Shown here piece by piece: positions 40,176-50,305 of a DNA stretch of 64,000 bases. The stretch is taken from positions 576,001-640,000 of the forward strand of contig CBDBLV010000004.1 in NCBI GenBank assembly GCA_965207225.1, read 5' to 3'. The DNA is from Dehalococcoidia bacterium. Lineage in GTDB: Bacteria; Chloroflexota; Dehalococcoidia; Plut-88900. A program made the translations under genes and the position numbers. The stretch's first letter is position 1. Each line of letters opens with the position of its first letter. Below the pieces are notes generated by a model. It ran no database searches. It was not told the origin of the DNA and saw only the letters and a program-made list of their open reading frames with translations.

Positions 40176-41345
40176 ATGGAATACAAGACTATTTCGGCGG
40201 ATACACATATCGACATCCCGTGGCTTCCGGCAGACCTTTTCGTCTCCAACGCGCCCGAACAGTACAAACCGCACATGCCCAGGGTGGAGGATACAGACAA
40301 AGGAAGCATGTGGAAGGTGGACGGGCAGCTATTGGGTTGGGTAGCGGGCGCCGGATTGAAGGGTACATGGGAACCTTATAAGGCCGGGCTGTCCAATCAT
40401 CTTGATCAAATGGCGGCGACAGGATTCTTCGCTGATGGAGACAAAGGAGACTTCCACCCCACCACCCCTCACCTCCGGCTAGGAGACCAGGACCTGGACG
40501 ATATCCAGGCTGAGGTAATCTACGGGATTCTCGGGCTTGGAGGCGGATTCTCTGTCGGGGCGAATGACTATGGAATCACCGACGCTGACCGCACCGTATT
40601 AATGTATGACATCTACAACGAATGGCTGGCAGGTTTCTGCAACAGCAACCCTGACAGGTTTGCCGGCCTGGCGTGCCTCACGAGCCACGATCCCGAGGTA
40701 GCGGCAAATCAGGTCAGGAAGGCTGCCGAGATGGGATTGAGAGGCGCCGAGTTGAACGTCAGCCAGGCAGTCAAGCCCGTCTACCACGAGGCGTGGGACC
40801 CCCTTTGGATAGCGGCAGAGGAATGCCGGATGCCGATCTCTTTCCATACGCTCGGGATCGGGTACCGAAAACCCGACCCCGAAGACCGGAAGAAGTTGGA
40901 GTGGGTAGACTTCGGGATCTTGCTGGTGACCTTCCAGCTATCGGGGGCAGAATTCCTGGCAAGCATGGCGTTCGGAGGGGCTTGTGACCGGTACCCGGAT
41001 TTCAACTTCGTGCTGGGGGAGTGCGGAATTGGGTGGATACCCTATGTCCTCTACAGGATGGACGAGGAATACAAGGAGACCCTATTCCACCTTAACCTGA
41101 GCATGCTGCCTAGCGAACTGTGGTGTCGGCAGGGGTATTCGACGTTCCAGCACGAAAGCCCGGGGCACGAGGCCATTGCAGCCATTGGTGAAAACAACAT
41201 CATGTGGGGCTCCGACTATCCCCACCACGATGGCGTTTGGCCTGATTCTCAAAAGGTGATCAAAGAGGACCTGGGACACCTAGAGGAGTCGGTGGTAGAC
41301 AAGATCACCTGTCAGAATGCTGCAAGGCTGTACCGTTTCAATTGA
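40176..41345 (+). CDS. Amidohydrolase_2 family protein
   Basis: SADTH, FHTLG, FQLSGAEFL, WGSDYPH. Confidence 0.92.
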   Translation: MEYKTISADTHIDIPWLPADLFVSNAPEQYKPHMPRVEDTDKGSMWKVDGQLLGWVAGAGLKGTWEPYKAGLSNHLDQMAATGFFADGDKGDFHPTTPHLRLGDQDLDDIQAEVIYGILGLGGGFSVGANDYGITDADRTVLMYDIYNEWLAGFCNSNPDRFAGLACLTSHDPEVAANQVRKAAEMGLRGAELNVSQAVKPVYHEAWDPLWIAAEECRMPISFHTLGIGYRKPDPEDRKKLEWVDFGILLVTFQLSGAEFLASMAFGGACDRYPDFNFVLGECGIGWIPYVLYRMDEEYKETLFHLNLSMLPSELWCRQGYSTFQHESPGHEAIAAIGENNIMWGSDYPHHDGVWPDSQKVIKEDLGHLEESVVDKITCQNAARLYRFN

Positions 41346-41378
41346 ACGAACCGCCGGATGATGACGAGGTAATTCCAA

Positions 41379-42257
41379 GTGGCATTCGGCCGATTTAGCG
41401 TTTTTCGATTGCTCAGGTTCGCGCTGGCGATAGTAGCCCTATTGGTGTTGGGCGCTTGCGTACTTGACGCTACCCCCACAACAGAGGCCACCCCACCATC
41501 ACCTACCTCAACGCTGCCAATCCCAACCAGCACACCACTGCCTACAACATCCGAATTATCTTCCCCGACGCCTGAATACAATCGTGATGAATGGGGTGGG
41601 TGGATCGATGCCGATGGAGACTGCCAGGACACACGGGCGGAGATTCTTATCGAAGAAAGCCAGGTAGATGTTGTTCTGGATGGGTGTCGGGTGGTGGAGG
41701 GAGAGTGGCTTGATCCGTGGGGCGGGCAGACATACAACTCCGCAGGTGACGTTGATATCGACCATCATGTGCCACTGGCCCATGCGCACGAGACAGGCGG
41801 GGCAGGGTGGGATGAGGAACGCAAGGTGGAGTTCGCCAACGATCCCGAGAATCTCAATGCGATGTCGTCATCGCTCAACCGGAGCAAGGGGGCCAAGGGG
41901 CCGGATGAGTGGCAGCCCCCCGAGGAATCCTCACATTGTGAATATGCGAGGCAGTGGGAGGCGGTGAAGAAGAAATATCAACTGGAGGTCGACCGGGAGG
42001 AACGACGGGCGCTGGATGAGATGCTGTCTACATGCGACCTGGCGTTGCCGACACCGACGTCGCCTTCGAGATACCTGCCCGTTCAACCCAGCCCTACGCC
42101 TTACACTACGGGGAGGGTGTACGATAGCTGTGAAGATGCGGAGGACGCCGGGGAGCTGCGTATCAAGGGGAGCAAAGGAGACAGTCGGGGGTTTCCGAAG
42201 GAGATGGTGCCGAGTAAACGAGACCAGGACAATGACGGGGTGGTGTGTGAAGAATGA
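41379..42257 (+). CDS. Lipoprotein with HNH/DUF1524-like nuclease and Excalibur Ca-binding domain
   Basis: VLGAC lipobox, P/T linker, DIDHHVP..N..NRSKG, C-terminal DQDNDGVVCE. Confidence 0.85.
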   Translation: MAFGRFSVFRLLRFALAIVALLVLGACVLDATPTTEATPPSPTSTLPIPTSTPLPTTSELSSPTPEYNRDEWGGWIDADGDCQDTRAEILIEESQVDVVLDGCRVVEGEWLDPWGGQTYNSAGDVDIDHHVPLAHAHETGGAGWDEERKVEFANDPENLNAMSSSLNRSKGAKGPDEWQPPEESSHCEYARQWEAVKKKYQLEVDREERRALDEMLSTCDLALPTPTSPSRYLPVQPSPTPYTTGRVYDSCEDAEDAGELRIKGSKGDSRGFPKEMVPSKRDQDNDGVVCEE

Positions 42258-42270
42258 TCCGCATCGGATA

Positions 42271-42299
42271 TTGACGATAACATACCATGTTCTTAACAT
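42271..42299 (+). promoter_or_regulatory. sigma70-like promoter with palindromic operator
   Basis: TTGACG-17-TAACAT; AACAT-ACC-ATGTT in spacer. Confidence 0.5.
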
Positions 42300-42351
42300 A
42301 GCCAGTTAGAGAAGACACGCAATGGCCTCGGGCCTTATCCAGGAGGACTTG

Positions 42352-43512
42352 ATGGAATACAACGTAATCACTGCCGACACCCACATGGACGTCACCTGGC
42401 TGCCGGGTGACATGTTCGTAAAGGGCGCTCCCGCCGCTCTGAAAGACAAGATGCCCTACGTCAGCCAGAACAACGGCAAGGCCCAGTGGGAGATTGAAGG
42501 AGAGTTCATGTGCTGGGTCGGGGGCGGGGGGCTAACGGGAGCGTTTGGTGACTACGTGCCGGGGGAATCCAAACACCTGGACCGGATGGCTGAAGTAGGC
42601 TTCTTTTCGGGGATCAAGGACGGTATATATCACCCGTCGGACCCCGACCTCCGGGTGGGCGACCTGGACATCGACGGCATGGATGCCGAGGTTATCTACG
42701 GCATTCTGGGCATAGGTGGGGGCGGGTTCTCGGGGCCCGGGTTCAAGGACCCGGAAGTGACGGCTACGATTTACGACGTATACAACGAATGGATCGCCGA
42801 GTTCACGGGGTCGAACCCGAGCCGGATGAAGGGGCTGGCATGCCTGGCGAGCCACGATCCTGAGAGGGCAGCGAGACAGCTACGAAGGGCCGGTGAGCTT
42901 GGTCTGCGGGGTGCCGAAATCAACGTTGGGACGATGTCCAAGCCCGTTTATCACAAGGCGTGGGACCCCCTGTGGGAGACTGCGGCCGAATACCAAATGC
43001 CCATTTCATTCCACACTCTCGGGGTGCCCCACAGAAAGCCGGACCCCGAGGATGAAGAGACATACCACTGGCTCGAAGTTACGTTGGGATACACCCTGTT
43101 CCAGCTCTCGGGGGCGGAGTTCCTGGTTAGCGTCGTATTGTCGGGGGCTTGCGAGAGGAACCCGAACTTCAACTTTGTCCTGGGCGAGTGCGGCATTGGT
43201 TGGATCCCATACGTGGTTGAGCGAGTAGACGAGGAATACGACGACCGGGGCTTCCACATGGGATACTCCATGAAGCCGAGTGAGTACTGGAGACGCCAAG
43301 GCTATTCCACGTTCCAGAACGAGTACGTCTCCGTCGACCAGATCGAGCGGATCGGGCTGGACAACATCATGTGGGGCAACGACTATCCGCACCCCGACGG
43401 TGTGTTCCCCGACTCCAAGAGGGCGATCGAAGAGGGTCTCGGGCACTTGCCGGCAGACATCCGAAAGAAGATAGTCTGCGACAACGCGATCAAAGCCTAC
43501 AGGTTCAACTAG
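42352..43512 (+). CDS. Amidohydrolase_2 family protein
   Basis: TADTH, FQLSGAEFL, WGNDYPH; AGGAGG RBS. Confidence 0.92.
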   Translation: MEYNVITADTHMDVTWLPGDMFVKGAPAALKDKMPYVSQNNGKAQWEIEGEFMCWVGGGGLTGAFGDYVPGESKHLDRMAEVGFFSGIKDGIYHPSDPDLRVGDLDIDGMDAEVIYGILGIGGGGFSGPGFKDPEVTATIYDVYNEWIAEFTGSNPSRMKGLACLASHDPERAARQLRRAGELGLRGAEINVGTMSKPVYHKAWDPLWETAAEYQMPISFHTLGVPHRKPDPEDEETYHWLEVTLGYTLFQLSGAEFLVSVVLSGACERNPNFNFVLGECGIGWIPYVVERVDEEYDDRGFHMGYSMKPSEYWRRQGYSTFQNEYVSVDQIERIGLDNIMWGNDYPHPDGVFPDSKRAIEEGLGHLPADIRKKIVCDNAIKAYRFN

Positions 43513-43536
43513 GCCAGGTCTCGGGAGTGGGGCCTG

Positions 43537-43866
43537 ATGGCCTACGACGAATGCCTGGCCGAGAGAGTCCGCCGGGAGTTTGCTGCCTTGGAAGGGGTGT
43601 CGGAGAGGCGGATGTTCAGTGGGCTGTGCTTCATGCTGCACGGGAACATGGCCCTGGGGATCTACAAGGACCGGCTGATGGTGAGGGTCGGGCCCGACGG
43701 TTACGAAGCTGCGCTACAAAAGCCCCACGCCCGACCCATGGACATGACGGGTCGGCCAATGAAGGGGTTCGTGGTCGTGCCGCCGGAAGGTATGTCGACG
43801 CCCGATACATTAAAGGACTGGGTAAGCCAGGGTGTAGACTACTCCTTGAGCCTGCCTCCCAAGTAA
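43537..43866 (+). CDS. TfoX/Sxy N-terminal domain protein
   Basis: MAYDECLAERVR, ERRMFSGL.F, MTGRPMKG. Confidence 0.88.
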   Translation: MAYDECLAERVRREFAALEGVSERRMFSGLCFMLHGNMALGIYKDRLMVRVGPDGYEAALQKPHARPMDMTGRPMKGFVVVPPEGMSTPDTLKDWVSQGVDYSLSLPPK

Positions 43867-43902
43867 AATGCATTCGGCACTTTGGAAAGGACGGGACCTA
43901 AC

Positions 43903-45045
43903 GTGGAATACAAAGTAATCTCTGCTGACACGCACCTTGACCTCACTTGGCTGCCCGGAGACATGTTCGTAGGGGCTGCGCCGGAACATTTGAAGTCGCA
44001 GATGCCCTATATCACGGACACGGACAGCGGGAAGAGGTGGATCGTGGAGGAGGAAGATATCGCACGCGCTGGGGGATTTATCGGCTATACGCCCGGCCAT
44101 TCGAAGCACATGGACCGGATGGCCGAGGTCGGGTTCTACGATGGGGTTGGGGAGGGTGTATACCACCCGGCGATAGCTGACCTGCGGGTGAAAGACCAGG
44201 ACATTGACGGCGTGGACGCGGAGGTAATATACGGGATATTGGGGATAGCCGGTGGAGGATTTTCGGGGCCCGGGTTCCGGAACCCGGATGTGACCACAGC
44301 AATCTATGACATCTACAACGAGTGGGTGAGTGAGTTTGTGAAGGCTAACCCCGGCCGGCTCGGCGCCCTGGGGTGCGTTATTAGCCACGACCCCCAGGTT
44401 GCGTCCAAGCAGTTACGGAAGGCGGCGGAGATGGGGCTCAAAGGTGCGGAGATCAACGTGGCCAAGATGAGCGCACCGATGTACCAGAAGGAATGGGACG
44501 TGCTATGGGCCGTTGCGGATGAGTGCGACATGCCCATATCTTTCCATACGCTCGGGATTCCGACGCGGAAACCGGAAGGAGAATCGGCGGACGAATACGA
44601 TGTAGCATACGACGGGGTTAGGGAGTGCCTGTTCCAATTGTCGGGGGCGGAATTCCTGGTGAGCGCCGTTTATTCGGGGGCTTGCATGCGCTACCCCAAC
44701 TTCCAGTTCGTGCTCGGAGAGTGTGGGATCGGGTGGATTCCTTACGTAATCGAACGAATGGATGCCGAATACGAAGACCGTTACCATCCGATCGGGCTGG
44801 AAATGAAACCCACGGCCTACTGGCGTCGACAAGGCTTCTCCACATTCCAGAACGAGTACGTATCGCAGGACCAGGTGGAAAGGATAGGGGCGGAGTGCAT
44901 CATGTGGGGCTCCGACTACCCGCACCGGGACGGCGTTTTCCCGGACTCCCGCAAGGTGATAAGCGAGGGCATGGGACACCTGGATGAGGCAGTGGTCAAC
45001 CAGATTATTTGCGGCAACGCCGCCCGTCTCTACAACTTCAACTGA
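43903..45045 (+). CDS. Amidohydrolase_2 family protein
   Basis: Close paralog of 42352 gene. Confidence 0.92.
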   Translation: MEYKVISADTHLDLTWLPGDMFVGAAPEHLKSQMPYITDTDSGKRWIVEEEDIARAGGFIGYTPGHSKHMDRMAEVGFYDGVGEGVYHPAIADLRVKDQDIDGVDAEVIYGILGIAGGGFSGPGFRNPDVTTAIYDIYNEWVSEFVKANPGRLGALGCVISHDPQVASKQLRKAAEMGLKGAEINVAKMSAPMYQKEWDVLWAVADECDMPISFHTLGIPTRKPEGESADEYDVAYDGVRECLFQLSGAEFLVSAVYSGACMRYPNFQFVLGECGIGWIPYVIERMDAEYEDRYHPIGLEMKPTAYWRRQGFSTFQNEYVSQDQVERIGAECIMWGSDYPHRDGVFPDSRKVISEGMGHLDEAVVNQIICGNAARLYNFN

Positions 45046-45097
45046 TCTGACTGCGCGTAGGGCTGAACGGAAAGCCGGATAAGGTCGGGAGGAGCGC

Positions 45098-46084
45098 ATG
45101 GTCGTTATGGACCGGTTCAGCGTTTTCGCCTTTGCCCTGGGCGACCCGCCCCCCGCTGCCTTGGAGTTGATCTCAGCGGCCCGACGTGCCGATGCACTCG
45201 GCTTCCACTCAATCTCTTTGCCCCACCATCTCACGTTGCCTGCGGCCCAGGTATACACGGGATTTCCGCGTCGGGACATCCTGGACCCATTGGCGCTTCT
45301 GCCCGCCATGGCTGCGGTGACGGAGAATATCAAGGTGGGTACGAACTCGGCGATTGTGCCGGTGTTGGCGCCCTATGTGTGGGCGAGGTACTTCGCGACG
45401 CTGGACGTGATGTCGGGTGGTCGGGCGCTGGCGGGGATGGCGATGGGGTGGTTTGAGAAGGACTTTGCGGCGGCGAAGGCGGACATCAAGAGAAGGGGCC
45501 GGCATTTCGACGAGGCTCTCGGTCTTATTCGTAGACTCTGGACCGAGTCCTCTGTGAGTCACAGTGGTGAGACCTGCGAGCTGACGGAAATGGAGCTGGA
45601 GCCCAAGCCTGTGCAGAAGCCCCATCCTCCAATCTGGATTGGGGGGCACACGGCATCTATTGAAAGAACTTCGAGGCACGCTCAATACCTGTTGCCCGCC
45701 AACCTGCAGGTGGAAGAGGTCAGGGACGTTTACTTGCCTCGCCTGGAAGAGGCGAATGCGAAATTCGGGACAAATGCTGGCATATGCCTGAGCGTTCGGG
45801 TGAACGTGGGGGACAGTCGGGGCCCGGACCCCGAGATGCTGCCGCGCATTGCGCGGCTTGTGAACTCACGTCGCCGGCCGGTGAACAACATCCACAAGAT
45901 ATCCATAGCAGGCTCGCCAAGACATTGTGCTGAGAGGATAGAAAAGTACGTGGATGCGGGTATTTCACATTTTCTCCTGGACTTCCAGTATCACGGGCTA
46001 ACCAGTGTGGAATACTCTATAGGACAGATGGAGAGATTTGTGTCGGAAGTCGTGCCTCTGCTAGATGGGAAAATCCTTGAGTAA
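45098..46084 (+). CDS. LLM class flavin-dependent oxidoreductase
   Basis: ATLDVMSGGR, PKPVQKPHPPIWIGG. Confidence 0.9.
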   Translation: MVVMDRFSVFAFALGDPPPAALELISAARRADALGFHSISLPHHLTLPAAQVYTGFPRRDILDPLALLPAMAAVTENIKVGTNSAIVPVLAPYVWARYFATLDVMSGGRALAGMAMGWFEKDFAAAKADIKRRGRHFDEALGLIRRLWTESSVSHSGETCELTEMELEPKPVQKPHPPIWIGGHTASIERTSRHAQYLLPANLQVEEVRDVYLPRLEEANAKFGTNAGICLSVRVNVGDSRGPDPEMLPRIARLVNSRRRPVNNIHKISIAGSPRHCAERIEKYVDAGISHFLLDFQYHGLTSVEYSIGQMERFVSEVVPLLDGKILE

Positions 46085-46434
46085 ATCGTACTTTTGTTTC
46101 TTGACCCCATGTTTCGCAAGGAATAATGTTCCACCCACAAACAGAGCAGCTTAGTTAGTAGTTTCCTCCGGGGAAACGCAGGCGAATAGAGCAATGGCCA
46201 TAGGCCCCTTCAACTGCAGGCTCCAAAGCAGCCATGTACCCGCATCATGGTGGGCCAAGTGGGGAGTCGCGCCACCCCGAACCCTAGCTCTGTACTGACA
46301 GACCCGCGCCCCTGACTAATCTCCAAAGACCGCGAAGGTTCGGCTCTTTCCTCGTACCGCATGGAGGTTAGCGAGCATACTGCTATCGGGTCCCGGGTCT
46401 CCGACTCGACCTTTTATTGAGCAAGGGAGACACT

Positions 46435-47676
46435 ATGAAGTTTCAACTTTTTGTATTGCCTACCATTCCGGGCATCCTGACGGAGGGTGAAAAGCTCCGT
46501 CCCATTGCCCGGAACAACGACAAGTTCCAGGAGATGCTGGAGCAGGTGAGGCAGATCTGCGTCCTGGGCGACGAGCTCGGGTTTGACTGCTTCTCCACAA
46601 CGGAGCACCACTTCCACTCTGAGGGTTACGAGTGCTCGGTGGCGCCGCTGGTGCTGTATTCCAACCTGGCGGCCCAGACCAAGAGGATCAAGTTCGGGCC
46701 GCTGGGGCTGGTGCTGCCGTCCTGGGACCCGATCCGGTGCGCCGAGGAGATAGCGATGCTGGACCATCTGACCAAGGGTCGGGTGATTGCAGGCTTTGCC
46801 CGGGGCTACCAGGACAGGTGGGTGAACGTGATGGGGCAGCAGTACAAGGCGATAGCCGCCCAGTCCGACCAGAGCGCGGGCGACTCCCACAACCGGGAGA
46901 TCTTCCAGGAGATCTTCAACATCATCAAGGGCGCCTGGACGGAAGACGCCTTTTCCTACAAGGGCAAGTACTACGAAGTCCCTTACCCCTACGAGGAAGG
47001 AATCAAAAACTGGCCGGCACAGAAGTGGACAGGCAAGAACGGCGCTCCAGGAGAGCTGGATGAAGAGGGCACCATCCGCAAGGTCTGCGTGGTGCCGAAG
47101 CCCTACCAGCAACCCCACCCCCCGATCTTCAATGCCTTTTCGGTCAGCGAGAACACGGTGAAGTGGGCTGCCGAAAACGGCACGATTCCCCACATCCAGA
47201 TATCTCTACCGGAGTCATTCAACCGGCTCTGCCACGTCTACCAGGACGTAGCGCGAGAGCATGGTAGAGATCTGAAGCTGGGGGAGAGCGTCGGGGCTTC
47301 GCGGGTTGTGTATACGGGCAAGACCTACGAAGAAGCATACGCCCTAGCCGAAGAAACCCTGGGCTGGAGCTACGCCGTCTACTACGACCAGTTCGGGTTT
47401 GCGGAAGGCTTCCGGTATCCGGGCGAAGATACCCCGAGACCCCTCCGGTTCCCCAGCAAGGCCGCGGCTACCGAGCGGCTAGTGGACCAGGGTTACGGGA
47501 TAGTCGGAACGGTAGACCAGGTGAAGTACAAGCTGGAAGACCTTCAGCGCTGCCACGAGGATGGGGACCTGGAATGGTTCGGGTTCCTAGTAGATCAGGG
47601 GATGTACCCGCTGGAGGAGGCGCTGGAGCAAGTGCACACGTTTGGGTCGAAGATCATGCCGGAGTTTCAGGGTTAG
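46435..47676 (+). CDS. LLM class flavin-dependent monooxygenase (luciferase-like)
   Basis: TEHHF, AMLDHLTKGR, PKPYQQPHPP. Confidence 0.92.
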   Translation: MKFQLFVLPTIPGILTEGEKLRPIARNNDKFQEMLEQVRQICVLGDELGFDCFSTTEHHFHSEGYECSVAPLVLYSNLAAQTKRIKFGPLGLVLPSWDPIRCAEEIAMLDHLTKGRVIAGFARGYQDRWVNVMGQQYKAIAAQSDQSAGDSHNREIFQEIFNIIKGAWTEDAFSYKGKYYEVPYPYEEGIKNWPAQKWTGKNGAPGELDEEGTIRKVCVVPKPYQQPHPPIFNAFSVSENTVKWAAENGTIPHIQISLPESFNRLCHVYQDVAREHGRDLKLGESVGASRVVYTGKTYEEAYALAEETLGWSYAVYYDQFGFAEGFRYPGEDTPRPLRFPSKAAATERLVDQGYGIVGTVDQVKYKLEDLQRCHEDGDLEWFGFLVDQGMYPLEEALEQVHTFGSKIMPEFQG

Positions 47677-47690
47677 GAAAAAGTAGCCGA

Positions 47691-47721
47691 GGGCGGGCGG
47701 CGCTGGATGCGCCGCCCGCCC
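47691..47721. other. GC-rich intergenic hairpin
   Basis: GGGCGGGCGGCGC-TGGAT-GCGCCGCCCGCCC; no U-tract on +. Confidence 0.55.
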
Positions 47722-47744
47722 CGGGCACAGGAGGCATAAAGGCC

Positions 47745-48850
47745 ATGACCTCTACGGCAACGCGAACCTCGGCGCCTATTTGGAGAACCCTGCCCAGCCG
47801 ATATTACTGGGCAGAGGACATCTACGAACTGGAGAGGGAACGGATCTTCTACGATGCGTGGCTATATGTGGGTCGGGTGCAGTCGATCCCGAATCCCGGG
47901 GACTTCATAACGCAGGATATAGTGGATGAAAGCGTCATAGTTGTCAGAGACAAGAAGGGGTCCATCAACGCCTTCTCCAACGTGTGCCGGCACCGGGGGA
48001 ACAAGCTGTGCAGCGCGGCATCGGGGAAGTTCCGGGGGAGTGCAATCCCCTGTGGCTACCACGGCTGGACCTACGACCTTGAAGGAAAGCTGATTGCCAC
48101 CCCGAACATGATAGGTACGGAGGGGTTCCAAAAGGAAGACTTTCCCTTTATCCGGTGTCCCTTCACGTTTGGATGGGTTGCATTTTCGTGAATCTCTCTG
48201 CTGATCCCGAGCCATTTGACCCGGGAGTAGGGCCCCTGGAGGAGGTAATAGAGAGGTACAACCTGGCGAACCTGGCCGTTGTAGAGCGGAGGGAATATCA
48301 CCTGGATGCGAATTGGAAGATAGTCCAGGAGAACAACGTGGAATGCTATCACTGTCCTTCGATTCATCCCGAGCTATGCGCCATCCAACCGAATGTGAGG
48401 CGAGGGAATATCGGTGCGTCCAACAAGGACGGCAACCCGCTCATCGAGGGCGGCAACTCCTTCACCCTGGACGCGACGACGAAAAGGCCTCTAATCAGCA
48501 CCATAACGTCGGCGGACAAGGGTCGGTTCCGAAGCACACCGATGTGGCCCGGCTTCTTTATGGGATTCCTGCCTGACCACGTCTTTTTCTTCAACGTCTG
48601 GCCGACCAGTGTAGAGAAGAGCACGGTTGTGATGGAGTGGCTGTTTGAGCCTTCCGCGATTGCTCTACCGGACTTCGACCCGAGTGATACGGTGAGCTTC
48701 CTGGACACGGTCCTCAAGCAGGACTTCGATATCTGCCACGAGGTGCAGAAGGGGATCAAGGCCCGGGCGCACAAGCAGGGGATCTACGCCCCTAACGAGT
48801 TCCTGCCCTACGATTTCAATGAGTGGGTGAAGGCAAGAGTAGAGCGTTGA
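47745..48850 (+). pseudogene. Rieske oxygenase alpha subunit (GbcA/choline monooxygenase-like) with 1-bp frameshift near 48141-48150
   Basis: CRHRG..CGYHGW then frame switch; paralog reads TTT CCA CTC TAT, this copy TTT CCC TT TAT. Confidence 0.8.
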
Positions 48851-48914
48851 TGCTCGGACTCACCTTGCAGCAAAAAAGGTGGGGGCAATTCCGGCCAATG
48901 GAGGCACAAAGCCT

Positions 48915-50021
48915 ATGACTCTCACGGCGACTCAGACGGCGGGTGATGTCTGGACAACGCTTCCCAGCCGCTACTACTGGTCGGAGGAGATATTCGCTCT
49001 GGAAAAGGAGCGGATTTTCTATGATACGTGGCTGTATGTCGGGCGGGTGCAGTTGGTCCCGAACCCCGGGGACTTCATCACGCAGGACATTGTGGACGAG
49101 AGTGTGATCGTGGTCCGGGACAAGCAGGGATTTATTACCGCCTTCTCCAACGTATGCCGACACCGGGGAAACAAGCTGTGCAGTGTCGCATCGGGGAAGT
49201 TCCGGGGAAGCGCCATCCCCTGTGGCTACCACGGCTGGACATACGACCTTGAAGGAAAGCTGATTGCCACTCCAAACATGATCGGGACGGAGGGCTTCCA
49301 CAAAGAGGACTTTCCACTCTATCCGGTCGCCATTCACGTTTGGAAGGGGTGCATTTTCGCCAATCTGTCCTCTAACCCCGAGCCCTTTGACCCGGGGATC
49401 GGGGCGGTGGGGGAGAAGATAGACAGGTACAACCTGGAGAACCTGGCGGTCGGGGCACGCAGGGAGTACATCCTGGATGCCAACTGGAAGATAGTCAACG
49501 AAAACAACATTGAGTGCTATCACTGCCCTTCTATCCACCCTGAACTGTGTGCCATCCAGCCCAACATTAGGAAAGGGATGATCGGGTCTTCAAGCAGTGA
49601 CGGCAATCCGTTAATTGAGGGCGGCAACTCGTTCACGCCAGACGCCACGACCAGGAGACCTCTGATAAGCACGATAAAGCCGGAAGACGAGGGTCGATTC
49701 CGCAGCACCCCGATCTGGCCGTGCTTCTTCTTGGGGTTGCTGCCGGACAGCGTATTTGTCTTCAACGTCTGGCCAATAGCAGAAGAGAAGAGCAAGGTTA
49801 CGGTTGAGTGGCTGTTCGAGCCTTCAACGATAGCTATGCCGGACTTCGACCCGAGCGACACGGTGGACTTCGGGGACAACGTGCTCAGGCAGGACTTCTC
49901 GGTGTGCCACTCGGTGCAGAAAGGGATCAGATCCCGGGCGCACAGGAACGGAGTCTATACGCCCAACGAGTTCCTCCTCCGCGAATTCAACGAATGGATC
50001 AGGGCGAGGGTGGAGGGGTAG
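48915..50021 (+). CDS. Rieske oxygenase alpha subunit (GbcA/choline monooxygenase-like)
   Basis: NVCRHRG, CGYHGW, ENNIECYHCPSIH, QD. Confidence 0.93.
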   Translation: MTLTATQTAGDVWTTLPSRYYWSEEIFALEKERIFYDTWLYVGRVQLVPNPGDFITQDIVDESVIVVRDKQGFITAFSNVCRHRGNKLCSVASGKFRGSAIPCGYHGWTYDLEGKLIATPNMIGTEGFHKEDFPLYPVAIHVWKGCIFANLSSNPEPFDPGIGAVGEKIDRYNLENLAVGARREYILDANWKIVNENNIECYHCPSIHPELCAIQPNIRKGMIGSSSSDGNPLIEGGNSFTPDATTRRPLISTIKPEDEGRFRSTPIWPCFFLGLLPDSVFVFNVWPIAEEKSKVTVEWLFEPSTIAMPDFDPSDTVDFGDNVLRQDFSVCHSVQKGIRSRAHRNGVYTPNEFLLREFNEWIRARVEG

Positions 50022-50305
50022 GTCGTCAAGGCTGGCTCGAAGAGTTTCACCCACCCGGCGGCTCGCCTTGCGGGAGCTTATCTACGAAGCAGTGCCCGTC
50101 CTGAATACGAAGGGCCAGTGGGCCAATGGCATGTGAGCAGACAGGACGATAAACGAGTCCACACGCCCCGACGTTGCAACCAACATGATGGTCTTGGGTG
50201 CGTCAAGCCGACGGGTGGGTGAATTTGCCTCGCTCGGATCCACTATCCCGAACAAACTTCTCGGTGAAATTACCTGCCTGCTAGTGTGCAATCGGAGGTC
50301 AGACC

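Noticed and set aside
48141-48150. Programmed -1 frameshift
   Set aside because: CCCTTTA is not phased as X XXY YYZ in the zero frame and the paralog is continuous; an error or recent mutation is more likely.
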